This document shows, in pieces, positions 28,288 through 38,040 of a stretch of DNA of 64,000 nt. The stretch covers positions 604-64,603 of the forward strand of contig JAICHO010000002.1 in the NCBI GenBank assembly GCA_025924835.1, read 5' to 3'. A model generated the notes under the pieces. That model made no database searches. It was not told the DNA's origin and saw only the letters and a program-made list of their open reading frames with translations. The position numbers and the translations under genes were made by a program. The stretch's first letter is position 1. Each line of letters starts with the position of its first letter. The stretch comes from Candidatus Saccharimonadota bacterium. Its GTDB lineage: Bacteria; Patescibacteriota; Saccharimonadia; Saccharimonadales; JAICHO01.

Positions 28288-31200
28288 TTAAGGAGAAATT
28301 GTAGCTTGGGAGGACTTTTCACCCGAAGTAGTGTCCTGGGCGTAAATAGGTGTACCGGCTGTTACTCCTGTAATTGTACAACTTGAATCCGGGCCGGCCG
28401 CACACAATGGGGCAGGCGAGCCCACTCTATATATTGATACGGTACTTGTTCCGCCCGACCAACTAACTTTTGCACTAGCCGCCCCTGTGCTTTTTGCGCT
28501 CGTTATTGTTAAAGGGGTGCCGGTAGAAGGACCTCCACCGCCTCCGCTTGCCGTAATGGTCGTACTGTCAGTCGCATCGTAAAGCACACTATCAATCACT
28601 TGAACACTTAGCGATTTAGTACCACTAAAATCGGGGGTGTAGTTAAAGCTTATCGTGCCCGCACTGCTTATATTCTGTGTATTCACGATTTGCCCGTCAA
28701 TTAAGAAACTAACTGTTCCGGCGAACTGTTCCGAAGAAAGGGGATGCGTGCCAGCCGTAACGATTGCGCTTATCGCACAGCCGCTACTAGCACATGTGAA
28801 GTCGTTATTATTTAGAGTAATAGTAGGTTTGGCGTCATCACACTTATGAATGTCATCCGATTCGGTTGTGCTTCCGCCGCCTCCTTTAACAAACTTATCT
28901 ACCGAGAACGTATTACTATCGGCATTGTTAACGACCTTAATCGCACGTTGCGGCGTGCATTCGGTGGCGAGCTTGTTGCTAACGACATCAATATTTTGAT
29001 TACTACCCGTTGCTTTGCCTGGCTGCCTATACCATGATGGATAAAGATCCGTGGCTGCGCTTGGCTCAACCGAACCATTTCCGACATGGCTGCGCACTAC
29101 AAAAGCCGGCAAGGTTTGGACGCCCGCAGGTCGGACGCGTTCCTCGGGCTTAAGGTTATCGTGCATAGCTTTCATCCAGCCATCTACGATAGGTTGTGTC
29201 ATGACCTCCATGAAGCCGCTCATAACACGCTGCCGATTGTGGTAGCCCACCCATACGCCCGCGGTATATTGCGTGGACATCATCATCATAAGTCCGTCTT
29301 TGGAGTCATTGGTCGTACCAGTCTTAACACCGAACTTCCAACCCTTGTATCGCTGTGGTTTGTTCCCCGCCGGGAAGTAGCTGGCATTTGGATCACTTAT
29401 CATATCGTCAACAATATAAGCTGTCTCCGCATTAATCGCTTGAACGCCTTTGCTTGGTTTCCACTCGTCAAGAGTTTTGCCGCCCGCGTCTTGTATCTTC
29501 AAGATGTAAGTCTGCGGGATGTTTAGCCCATCACGAGAAAGCGTGGCATACCCATGCACATGCTCGTCAAGTCGCAAATACGCACCATCACCAATCGCGG
29601 ACGATGAATAACACTGTGTAGGTACGGTGTTTTTCTCATCAGAGTAACAACTGTAGTTACCTATGGTCGGGTCGGGTTGCCCGTCTGCGCCGTAATTAGT
29701 CATTAGTTTGTGCGCCACATCTATAGTTTGATCCACGCCCACCATTGTCATAGCTTTAATGGCGGGAACATTTCGTGATCCTCCTAATGCGTAACGCAGC
29801 GTCAGTGGCCCAGGAAAACGGAAATCATAATCCACAACACAGTTACCGCCCTTTTTGGCACCAGTGGTGCAAGGATAACCAGGGGGGACTGGGCCAACCG
29901 AATCATACAGCACTGAACCTGCGCCTACGTTTTTCTGGGTATCAATCAGAGCTGAATAATCATAGGGCTTAAACGAGGATCCAGGCGGCAACTCAAGATC
30001 ATGGGCATAGTTATTTTGTCCATGATCGGGGTCATTAAAGTTATCACCACCCACCAGCGCCACCACCTGTCCGGTCTTGACATCTTCTGCCACAAAAGCT
30101 GCGGTGTCACCACCTTGGCGACGAACTTGTGCCAACCCTTTTTGAACTTGCTGTTCGGCAATGTTTTGAGCGTTAAGGTCCAATGTCGTCGTTACTTTCC
30201 ATCCGCCTAATTTAACAAGCGTTGACCCTTTCGCTTTGGCCAAGGCCTCCTTTGCTGTTAGCACGAACCACGGTGCTTTAATACCGTCATAACGGTCTTT
30301 ACGGGGTTGGATCTTGGCCAAAAAGTCGACTTTTTTAGCGTCATCATGTTGTTTTTGGGTTATCATCCCCTGGTCTAGCATAAGATCCAATATATAATCG
30401 GCTCGTCCAATCAAACCGTCTTTGTCAAATTTGCTTTTATTATATGGCGAATAAAAATTGGGTGATTTAGGGATGGCGGCTAACATAGCCGCTTCATCAA
30501 GAGTGAGATCCTTGGCTGATTTATGAAAATAGTCCTGAGCGGCAGCCTCAACGCCGTAGTCTATACTTCCGTAAGGGGCTGTATTGAGATAACCTGTTAA
30601 AATCTCTTGCTTTGAATACTCTCGCTCTAGCTCTACGGATAAAATTAATTCCTTAACCTTGCGTGTAATTGTCCGATCCTTGCTCCAGTCTTGGGTAAGC
30701 TTAACCAATTGCTGGGTAATAGTTGAACCCCCCTGGGTACCGCCCTTGCCAAAAAGATCATTTACACCGGCTCTTGCAATACCCCGGACATCAAATCCTC
30801 CGTGTTTATAAAAGTCTTTGTCTTCTACGGCTACGGTAGCTTTCTTGACGTTGTCTGAAATATCTTCATCCTTAACCGGGATTCGCTTTACGGCGTTGTA
30901 GTCCTCCCACAGCAGTGTTTGACCGGTTCGGTCATAATACTGGATACTCCCCCCGATATTATTACCTGACACGTCTCTAATATTCGGCAGATCTTTACGG
31001 AAATATGCAAAAACACCTATGAGCAATAAAAATATGGCCAATGTACCAATCCCAAAAATCTTCAAAGCCATGATGGCGCCGTCTCGGCTAAACCAGTAAC
31101 GATATAGTCGTTTTGGATGCAATCTAAAAAAGAAACGCTTTACACGCGACTTTGGCATGCCGACCATACGCTCCGCTCGTTTTTGAGCATATGACGCCTT

Positions 31201-31332
31201 TCTGGCCCGTATTTTGTCCCCGATTGAACGGTTGATCTTTATGGTTTGCCCGCTTTTGGTTACAAATGTACTTTTGCTTTTACGCCCAACATTCCCGCCC
31301 CGGCGCCTGCCGCCCGTGTTTTGACTTGTCAT
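28288..31332 (-). CDS. Class A penicillin-binding protein (glycosyltransferase GT51 + transpeptidase) with a long C-terminal Ig/Fn3-like extension
   Basis: 1014 aa with an N-terminal TM helix, GT51 motifs (EDKDFYKHGGFD, GGSTITQQL, RKVKE) and transpeptidase motifs (SSFKP, KTGTT). About 260 extra C-terminal residues carry Gly-runs and beta-rich repeats. Confidence 0.88.
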   Translation of the reverse strand: MTSQNTGGRRRGGNVGRKSKSTFVTKSGQTIKINRSIGDKIRARKASYAQKRAERMVGMPKSRVKRFFFRLHPKRLYRYWFSRDGAIMALKIFGIGTLAIFLLLIGVFAYFRKDLPNIRDVSGNNIGGSIQYYDRTGQTLLWEDYNAVKRIPVKDEDISDNVKKATVAVEDKDFYKHGGFDVRGIARAGVNDLFGKGGTQGGSTITQQLVKLTQDWSKDRTITRKVKELILSVELEREYSKQEILTGYLNTAPYGSIDYGVEAAAQDYFHKSAKDLTLDEAAMLAAIPKSPNFYSPYNKSKFDKDGLIGRADYILDLMLDQGMITQKQHDDAKKVDFLAKIQPRKDRYDGIKAPWFVLTAKEALAKAKGSTLVKLGGWKVTTTLDLNAQNIAEQQVQKGLAQVRRQGGDTAAFVAEDVKTGQVVALVGGDNFNDPDHGQNNYAHDLELPPGSSFKPYDYSALIDTQKNVGAGSVLYDSVGPVPPGYPCTTGAKKGGNCVVDYDFRFPGPLTLRYALGGSRNVPAIKAMTMVGVDQTIDVAHKLMTNYGADGQPDPTIGNYSCYSDEKNTVPTQCYSSSAIGDGAYLRLDEHVHGYATLSRDGLNIPQTYILKIQDAGGKTLDEWKPSKGVQAINAETAYIVDDMISDPNASYFPAGNKPQRYKGWKFGVKTGTTNDSKDGLMMMMSTQYTAGVWVGYHNRQRVMSGFMEVMTQPIVDGWMKAMHDNLKPEERVRPAGVQTLPAFVVRSHVGNGSVEPSAATDLYPSWYRQPGKATGSNQNIDVVSNKLATECTPQRAIKVVNNADSNTFSVDKFVKGGGGSTTESDDIHKCDDAKPTITLNNNDFTCASSGCAISAIVTAGTHPLSSEQFAGTVSFLIDGQIVNTQNISSAGTISFNYTPDFSGTKSLSVQVIDSVLYDATDSTTITASGGGGGPSTGTPLTITSAKSTGAASAKVSWSGGTSTVSIYRVGSPAPLCAAGPDSSCTITGVTAGTPIYAQDTTSGEKSSQATISP

Positions 31333-31442
31333 TTGGTTATTCTACTCCCATAGGTATGTTCTTGTATTATAGCAAAATAATGCGTGGCAATGTGCGTAAA
31401 AAATAGCGGAAGCTTATTGCCGGTAAGCTATACTATGTCTTA

Positions 31443-32699
31443 ATGAGTGACATGACATTATCCGAGGAGTTAGCCTGGCGTGGATTCGCCAACCAGACAA
31501 CATTTAAATCAACGACGGAACTTGATGGGGCGCCGTTAACTTTTTACTGGGGCGTAGACCCAAGTGCGCCCTCCATGACCGTTGGGAATTTGGCTGCGGC
31601 CATGATGGTACGGCATTTTATAGCACACGGTCATAAAGCTGTTCTACTTGTTGGCGGGGCCACCGGCATGATCGGCGATCCTGACGGAAAAAGTCAGGAG
31701 CGTAGCCTCATGTCCACAGACGAAATCGGCGCAAATAAAACCGCGATTGCCACTCAGTACTCTCGTGTGTTTGGTGGCCAGGAATTTACGCTCGTTGACA
31801 ATTACGAATGGTTTAAAGACATGGGCTATCTACAATTCCTGCGCGACATAGGTAAGCATGTGCCGATGCGGCAAATGCTAGGACGCGAATTCGTGCAGAC
31901 GCGACTAAGTGAAAATGGTGACGGTATTAGTTATGCGGAATTCAGCTATGTTCTGATTCAGGCTTATGATTTCCTATATATGAACCGTGAAATGGGTGTC
32001 AGCTTGCAGCTTTGTGGGTCAGATCAGTGGGGAAACAGTATCGCGGGAGTGGATCTTATACGTAGGCTGACGGGCAATGAAGCACATGTATGGTCGGCTC
32101 CACTGATTATTAATAAAGCCACTGGCCAGAAATTCGGAAAATCCGAGGACGGTGCCGTATGGTTAGACGAAAAACTGACAAGCGTCTACCAGTTTTACCA
32201 ATTCTGGCTGAATGTAGATGACGAAGCAGTCGGTGATTATCTTAAAATCTATACCCTCCTGCCTAAAGATGACATAGAAGATGTCTTGAAAAAATTTAAG
32301 ACACACCCAGCAGAGCGCCACGCCCAAAAAACACTGGCGTATGAGGTTACGAAGCTTGTGCATGGCCAAGACAAGGCCGAAGCGGCAAGGCGTGTCACCG
32401 AGGTTTTATTCAGCGCCGCGGGTTACGGTGTGCTATTAGAAACGGATTTTGAACAGCTAAAACGGGAGTTGCCGGTTTACCAGATAAAGAGTGGCGAAGA
32501 TATGGTGGGGGTGTTGGTCAAAGAAGGTATGTTTTTTTCACTCAGTGAAGCAAGACGATTTATTGAACAAGGCTCGTTATATATTAATGGCCAAAAATTC
32601 AACAATTCTTTACTTGGTGAGGCGGATTTTATACACGGCAAATACGCAATAGTGCGACGCGGTAAAAATACGCATGCTATTTTACAGCTCGCAGATTGA
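31443..32699 (+). CDS. tyrS: Tyrosine-tRNA ligase (HIGH signature reads TVGN)
   Basis: GVDPSAPSMTVGNLAA...LVGGATGMIGDPDGKSQER aligns without gaps to bacterial TyrS. It also has a KFGKS (KMSKS) motif and a C-terminal S4 domain. Confidence 0.88.
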   Translation: MSDMTLSEELAWRGFANQTTFKSTTELDGAPLTFYWGVDPSAPSMTVGNLAAAMMVRHFIAHGHKAVLLVGGATGMIGDPDGKSQERSLMSTDEIGANKTAIATQYSRVFGGQEFTLVDNYEWFKDMGYLQFLRDIGKHVPMRQMLGREFVQTRLSENGDGISYAEFSYVLIQAYDFLYMNREMGVSLQLCGSDQWGNSIAGVDLIRRLTGNEAHVWSAPLIINKATGQKFGKSEDGAVWLDEKLTSVYQFYQFWLNVDDEAVGDYLKIYTLLPKDDIEDVLKKFKTHPAERHAQKTLAYEVTKLVHGQDKAEAARRVTEVLFSAAGYGVLLETDFEQLKRELPVYQIKSGEDMVGVLVKEGMFFSLSEARRFIEQGSLYINGQKFNNSLLGEADFIHGKYAIVRRGKNTHAILQLAD

Positions 32700-32723
32700 A
32701 TTCTGATATACTAAGACCTCGTT

Positions 32724-33503
32724 ATGCCCAATAATATACCTAAACCAACGACTAAAAAGGCCGATCAGTATGATGAGGGTAATTACAATTATCTACACTA
32801 CTGGGCTGGGCGTGATTATGAGCATGCTTCGGAAGAAATGGCAATTCGCCGGCTTCTAAAGGGTAAGCATTTTAAAACGGCCGCTGATATCGGCGGAGGC
32901 TATGGCCGACTCTGTATTTTTCTTAAAAATTTTGCGGATCATGTTACCTTGGCTGAACCGTCACGCCAACAACTCACAATCGCCAAGGATTATCTTAAAG
33001 ATCACCCGGATATTGACCAGGTTCAAACGCAGGCAGACAATCTTAAACTGGCCGATAAATCCCAGGATCTTATTACGGTGATTCGTGTCATGCATCATCT
33101 ACCTGATCCAACTAGTGAGTTCAAAGAGTTCAAGCGTGTCCTTAGCGACGACGGCTACCTGGTACTCGAAGTAGCTAACTACGCGCATGCCCGCAACCGT
33201 TTAAAGCACTTGCTCAAAGGCAAGCGCCTTCCTACCGATCCGGTAGATATTCGTTCTCAAGAAAATCGGCGTGATGATGAAATAGCTTTTGTCAATCACA
33301 ACCCTCGAACTGTTATCAGACACTTGGCGCACGCCGGACTAAGGGTAGAAAAGGTATTGTCTGTATCAAATCTGCGTAGCCCGCGTCTGAAACGGGTAAT
33401 ACCGCATGCCGTGATGCTCAGCCTGGAACGCATTATGCAGTCTACGCTGGCACCAGCTTATTTTGGGCCAAGCATCTTCTTGCTTGTCCGCAAAGCTAAA
33501 TAG
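32724..33503 (+). CDS. Class I SAM-dependent methyltransferase
   Basis: 259 aa with motif I ADIGGGYGRL and downstream acidic and hydrophobic motifs. Confidence 0.7.
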   Translation: MPNNIPKPTTKKADQYDEGNYNYLHYWAGRDYEHASEEMAIRRLLKGKHFKTAADIGGGYGRLCIFLKNFADHVTLAEPSRQQLTIAKDYLKDHPDIDQVQTQADNLKLADKSQDLITVIRVMHHLPDPTSEFKEFKRVLSDDGYLVLEVANYAHARNRLKHLLKGKRLPTDPVDIRSQENRRDDEIAFVNHNPRTVIRHLAHAGLRVEKVLSVSNLRSPRLKRVIPHAVMLSLERIMQSTLAPAYFGPSIFLLVRKAK

Positions 33504-33506
33504 CCG

Positions 33507-35561
33507 GTGATTTATACTGGTGATATGAGACTCGACAGCCCTCTGACTGACATTAAGGGAATTGGTGAACAATTAGGCAAAAAATTTGCGGTCTTGGGTA
33601 TTAAGACGGCCGGTGATTTCATTACATATTATCCTCGCAAGTATGATGACTACTCGGATATTCAAACCATAAAACAGATTAAACCCGGTATGGTGACTAT
33701 TCGGGCGACCATCAAACAAACCGTTGGCCGTTACGCTAGCCGCGGGTTGCATATCACTGAGGCGGTCGCCAGTGACGATACGGGCAGTGTCCGCTTAATA
33801 TGGTTTAACCAGCCCTATCGTTCGGCGGCTATCAAGGCCAACCAAGAATATTATATATCTGGTGAATTTGCTTTGCGGCGGCAACGTCTGAGTATCCAAA
33901 ATCCATCAGCCGAACTTGTCAGCAGCTTTCCGCTTAACACGGCCAGAATTGTACCAATCTACAGAGAAACCAAGGGATTAAAATCAGGTCAAATCAGGAA
34001 AGCCTTGGGTAGATTGGTGCCAATTATTAAACAACTTCCAGAAACACTCCCGGAATGGATAATAAACGCCGAAAGGCTCTTAAGCAGATCTGAGGCGACA
34101 CTGCAGATGCATTTTCCGGACTCCCCCCAAGAGTTAACCGCCGCCAAAAAAAGACTTGGCTTTGAAGAAGTTTTTCAACTGACATTGGCTGCGCTGCTTA
34201 ATAAATATCAACTTCTAGCCGAGCAAGCGCCCGTGGTTACCTTTACGGAGCAGTTGGCGCGTGACTTTGTTGCTCATTTGCCGTTTACGTTAACCGATGC
34301 CCAAAGACGGGTTATATGGCAGATTTATAAGGATATACAAAAACCTCAGCCAATGAACCGCCTCATTGAGGGAGATGTAGGCTCAGGCAAAACGGTAGTA
34401 GCAGCCATGGCTGCACTCATGGTGTTAAACCAAAATCAACAGGTCGCATTTATGGCCCCGACCGAATTACTGGCACGGCAGCACGCCGATACGCTATTCA
34501 ATTTGTATAAACCTCTGGGTATGAGCGAACATGTCGGACTGCTCGTGGGCGGCTTAAAGCCCACTGCCAAAGCAGAGGCTCATCAGCGCCTTGCCAATGG
34601 CGACATCAAACTGATGGTTGGCACACACGCCTTAATACAAGAAAAAGCCAACATGCATGATCTCGCGCTTGTTATTGTTGATGAACAGCACAGATTCGGC
34701 GTGGAACAACGGAAAAAACTACAGGCCAAAGCCGGGCATATGCCGCATCTCTTAAGCATGACCGCGACACCGATTCCACGCAGTCTCGCGTTAACATTAT
34801 ATGGAGAGCTGGATATCTCGGTACTTGACGCGAAGCCTGCCAATCGTAAGCCCGTGCAGTCAAAACTTGTGCCGTTAGCTGGTCGGCTAAAAATATATCA
34901 GGCGGTAGATGAGCAATTAGGTTTAGGCCATCAGGCATTTGTCGTCTGTCCGCTGATTACGGATTCTGAGTATGTAGCCAGCAAATCGGCCGAGCAAGTA
35001 TACGAGGAGTTAAAGACTGGTATTTTTAAACACCGCAAACTTGCACTCCTTCATAGCAAGCTTAAACCTGCCGAGAAGGACGATATTATGCAAGCATTTA
35101 TCAGACATGAGTATGATCTGTTGGTAGCTACCACAGTTATTGAGGTGGGCGTAGATGTCCCCAATGCCAGCGTGATGGTGATTGAAAACTCGGACAGGTT
35201 TGGCCTGGCTCAGTTACACCAGCTTCGTGGCCGCGTCGGCCGGAGTGGCCAGCAGGGTTACTGTTATTTGGTATTAAGTGATAATCAGGCACCAAAGGCT
35301 CGCATGCGTGCCTTAGAAACGTCATCCGACGGGTTCAAGCTTGCAGAATATGACTTGCAGCTGCGCGGTCCTGGAGCAATTTATGGAACTATGCAGCACG
35401 GCCAACTTGATCTTAGAGTGGCAAAATTAACCGATACGCGGCTTATAGCAGCCGCACGTACCAGAGCGCAAGAGTTTATAGATAAGCAAGAAGATTTGCT
35501 ACAATATAAAGAATTATATGAGCATGTACGTAATAACCGCACGGTTACAAATCTAAACTAA
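33507..35561 (+). CDS. recG: ATP-dependent DNA helicase RecG (alternative start ATG 33525)
   Basis: Wedge domain plus SF2 helicase motifs (GDVGSGKT, DEQHRFG, TATPIPR, QLRGRVGR). Confidence 0.93.
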   Translation: MIYTGDMRLDSPLTDIKGIGEQLGKKFAVLGIKTAGDFITYYPRKYDDYSDIQTIKQIKPGMVTIRATIKQTVGRYASRGLHITEAVASDDTGSVRLIWFNQPYRSAAIKANQEYYISGEFALRRQRLSIQNPSAELVSSFPLNTARIVPIYRETKGLKSGQIRKALGRLVPIIKQLPETLPEWIINAERLLSRSEATLQMHFPDSPQELTAAKKRLGFEEVFQLTLAALLNKYQLLAEQAPVVTFTEQLARDFVAHLPFTLTDAQRRVIWQIYKDIQKPQPMNRLIEGDVGSGKTVVAAMAALMVLNQNQQVAFMAPTELLARQHADTLFNLYKPLGMSEHVGLLVGGLKPTAKAEAHQRLANGDIKLMVGTHALIQEKANMHDLALVIVDEQHRFGVEQRKKLQAKAGHMPHLLSMTATPIPRSLALTLYGELDISVLDAKPANRKPVQSKLVPLAGRLKIYQAVDEQLGLGHQAFVVCPLITDSEYVASKSAEQVYEELKTGIFKHRKLALLHSKLKPAEKDDIMQAFIRHEYDLLVATTVIEVGVDVPNASVMVIENSDRFGLAQLHQLRGRVGRSGQQGYCYLVLSDNQAPKARMRALETSSDGFKLAEYDLQLRGPGAIYGTMQHGQLDLRVAKLTDTRLIAAARTRAQEFIDKQEDLLQYKELYEHVRNNRTVTNLN

Positions 35562-35563
35562 CT

Positions 35564-36382
35564 ATGTATAGCGGCTCAACACTTACACGAATGTCTGGAC
35601 GCGTTCTGGGCGCGCACCAAAAGATTGACCGGATAGCTAGAAAGCAGTTATCCATGCTCCTGACTAATGATGACTTATTCCCGGCCAGCGGAAAAATTTT
35701 GCACTTTGAAGGCAAGAATGGCCCGGACGCCATTAAGCGCAAGAGCCCGGCCAAAGACGAACCGTGGCATTATTTTAATCCTTTTGACGATGACGATAAT
35801 CAGTTACTGGAACTAATAACACACCACTACGAGCAATTAATAATTGAACTTAAAGCCGGCAATAATGAGCGTAGTGCCTTTGAGGCCGCTTGGCTCGCTC
35901 ACGCGCTTGTAGACGGCCTTACTCCAGCGCATCATTATCCTTACGAAGAAAAGCTCACAGAACTAAGGGGCGGCGCTGGGATAGAAACCCGCACTACGAT
36001 CCGAGCCAAATGGATTTTGCCCGGAGAAACTCGTGGTGAGCAGTTAAAAAACAACTGGAAAATGTGGGGTGCCAAAGGGTTGTTTATGACACATGGTATG
36101 TTCGAAATGGGTATTGCGACCATCATTGCGCCACTGTCATTCGGTGAACTCAGCATTAAAGACGACGATATAGTACAGCTACAGCACAAAGGTATTGCCG
36201 AGTGGTTTCGCCATATCGCCCGTGAAATCGCAGTATTGAACATGTACGAAAACTATTATCAAAAAGGCTGGACACCTAAACTTGCTTGGCAGGTTCGCCA
36301 CAAGTTAGGACCCGAACTAATCAAAACAGTTGCACTGGCGTGGTACGGTGCGCTCATAGACGCCAAACTCGTAGAAGCATGA
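35564..36382 (+). CDS. Conserved-looking hypothetical protein with His-rich motifs
   Basis: 272-aa ORF with GAHQKIDRIA and AWLAHALVDGLTPAHH motifs, faintly reminiscent of the Zn-dependent PLC/P1-nuclease fold (unverified). It is tightly packed between recG and rsmD. Confidence 0.5.
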   Translation: MYSGSTLTRMSGRVLGAHQKIDRIARKQLSMLLTNDDLFPASGKILHFEGKNGPDAIKRKSPAKDEPWHYFNPFDDDDNQLLELITHHYEQLIIELKAGNNERSAFEAAWLAHALVDGLTPAHHYPYEEKLTELRGGAGIETRTTIRAKWILPGETRGEQLKNNWKMWGAKGLFMTHGMFEMGIATIIAPLSFGELSIKDDDIVQLQHKGIAEWFRHIAREIAVLNMYENYYQKGWTPKLAWQVRHKLGPELIKTVALAWYGALIDAKLVEA

Positions 36383-36918
36383 GGGTAATAGCAGGGCACC
36401 TAGGCGGCAGGCCGTTTGATTCCCCCAAAGGTCACCGCACTCATCCCATGAGCGACAAAGTGCGCGGTGCCTTATTTAATATGCTTGGAGATTTGACTGG
36501 CCTAACAGTATTGGACGCTTTTGCTGGCAGTGGTGCGCTGAGCTATGAAGCAGTGAGCCGTGGCGCTACCGAGGTCCAGGCTATAGAGCTGGATAAGACC
36601 GCCCAAAACACCATAAAACAAAATATCGACAAGCTAGGCTTAAATGATCAGGTTGTATTATATCCTGGCAGTTGTTTACGTTGGTCGGCCCGCCACCAGG
36701 ACACACTGTTTGACGTCGTTTTATGCGACCCGCCATACGACAGAGTGCTCATAGGAGTAATTCAAAAGCTGTCACGTCATGTTAAGCCACAAGGAATTTT
36801 AGCCTTGTCATGGCCAGGACACCTCAAACAAGAATCAATCGGGGGGTTTGAGCAAATAAAGGCTCAAAGCTACGGCGACGCCCAGCTGGTTTTTTACCGT
36901 AGAATTCTGATAAAATAA
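36379..36918 (+). CDS. rsmD: 16S rRNA (guanine966-N2)-methyltransferase RsmD
   Basis: MRVIAGHLGGRPF..., LDAFAGSGALSYEAVSRGA and CDPPYD motifs. ATG 36379 overlaps the upstream stop, so the track's 36286 start is an out-of-context extension. Confidence 0.85.
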   Translation: MRVIAGHLGGRPFDSPKGHRTHPMSDKVRGALFNMLGDLTGLTVLDAFAGSGALSYEAVSRGATEVQAIELDKTAQNTIKQNIDKLGLNDQVVLYPGSCLRWSARHQDTLFDVVLCDPPYDRVLIGVIQKLSRHVKPQGILALSWPGHLKQESIGGFEQIKAQSYGDAQLVFYRRILIK

Positions 36919-36929
36919 GCCGGTCACAA

Positions 36930-37014
36930 GCGGATGTGGTGGAATTGGTAGACACGCCAGTTTTAGGAGCTGGTGCCGTAAGGCGTGAAGGTTCAAGTCC
37001 TTTCATCCGCACCA
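36930..37014 (+). tRNA. tRNA-Leu (anticodon UAG), long variable arm, CCA encoded
   Basis: Acceptor GCGGATG/CATCCGC and anticodon stem CCAGT/GCTGG with loop TTTAGGA (anticodon TAG). Also a variable arm GTGCCGTAAGGCGT, a T-arm GAAGGTTCAAGTCCTTT, and a terminal ACCA. Confidence 0.9.
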
Positions 37015-37071
37015 GGAGATATATTAAATGCTTAAACGAATAGGTTGGATAATAGTGCAGCTAATTTACAA

Positions 37072-37509
37072 TTAGCCCACCATGGTTACCCTTCCTAAAA
37101 TGGACCATTGGTCGTATATCAATTGATTGGTCTCGTAATGATTAATCTGGGTAAATACTGCTCTTAAACCATAATACTGTTCGCTGACCCCACCGCATAC
37201 CTCATCAAGGTCGGCATCTGAAGCTACTGACACCATAGACCACAAATCTCCATCTGTTGCCCTTACTGCCGAATTAATAAAGCTACGCACTCCCATTAAA
37301 TCCAAGGCGGAATATATAATATATGATCCAAGATCACGCGCTGTATTACGCATCATTGCAGGATGTTCACCAGGAAGGCCGCTTACTACGCGTGCGGGTT
37401 TATATGCAAGAGCCGCGACATAAGCTGGATCGGTAAATCCTAGTTGACTTTCTAGCTCCTCTTTACTAAATCCGATCTCTGGCAGTGGTTGTCTATAACG
37501 ATTTCTCAC
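37072..37509 (-). CDS. Hypothetical protein (orphan)
   Basis: 145-aa ORF with no motif recognised. It is the first gene of an AT-richer stretch after tRNA-Leu. Confidence 0.4.
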   Translation of the reverse strand: MRNRYRQPLPEIGFSKEELESQLGFTDPAYVAALAYKPARVVSGLPGEHPAMMRNTARDLGSYIIYSALDLMGVRSFINSAVRATDGDLWSMVSVASDADLDEVCGGVSEQYYGLRAVFTQINHYETNQLIYDQWSILGRVTMVG

Positions 37510-37663
37510 GAGGAATATGATACACTATTATAGTAAATAAATCAATATATTTGTATTATAATTTTTATTTACACTCTGCTGTTGATTTCCTTAACTATCA
37601 TAGTACAAAAAAGCATAACGTTGACTAATTCTTATATTTCAGCCACACTTACTACTGATAAAA

Positions 37664-37984
37664 ATGTCTAAACATCATACTCATAGCTACCACCAACATA
37701 AAAAGGCAGCGACAAAAAGAAAAAAAACCAAATCGCCGATTGACTATATGGTTGCTTTTTTCATGTTTATGTCACCATTGTTTGAGTTGCCCCAGGCAGT
37801 CAATATTTATACCCAGAAAAGTTCCCATACTGTATCGCTGACAACATGGATATTATTTTTTGTCGCTAGTGTTGCATGGTTAATTTATGGTGTAAGGAAC
37901 CGCCTTCGATCAATTATTATCATACAAATCATTTATATGGTTATTGAAGCGACAGTTGTAGCTGGTATAGTTCTTTATCCCTAG
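37664..37984 (+). CDS. SemiSWEET-like (PQ-loop, 3-TM) small transporter with a basic His/Lys N-terminal tail
   Basis: 106 aa with three hydrophobic helices and the PQ motif at the end of helix 1 (MSPLFELPQAVNIYTQKS). Size and topology match bacterial SemiSWEETs. Confidence 0.6.
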   Translation: MSKHHTHSYHQHKKAATKRKKTKSPIDYMVAFFMFMSPLFELPQAVNIYTQKSSHTVSLTTWILFFVASVAWLIYGVRNRLRSIIIIQIIYMVIEATVVAGIVLYP

Positions 37985-38040
37985 CTCCAGGGGCTTTAAT
38001 CTTGTGAAATAGCTCATTACTAGTTAATCTATCTATAATC

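Noticed and set aside
31333-31442. Possible T-box riboswitch upstream of tyrS (and of hisS at 41698-41722)
   Set aside because: Neither region contains anything resembling the conserved T-box sequence (AGGGTGGTACCGCG-like) or a specifier-loop architecture. Both spacers are too short (110 and 25 nt).
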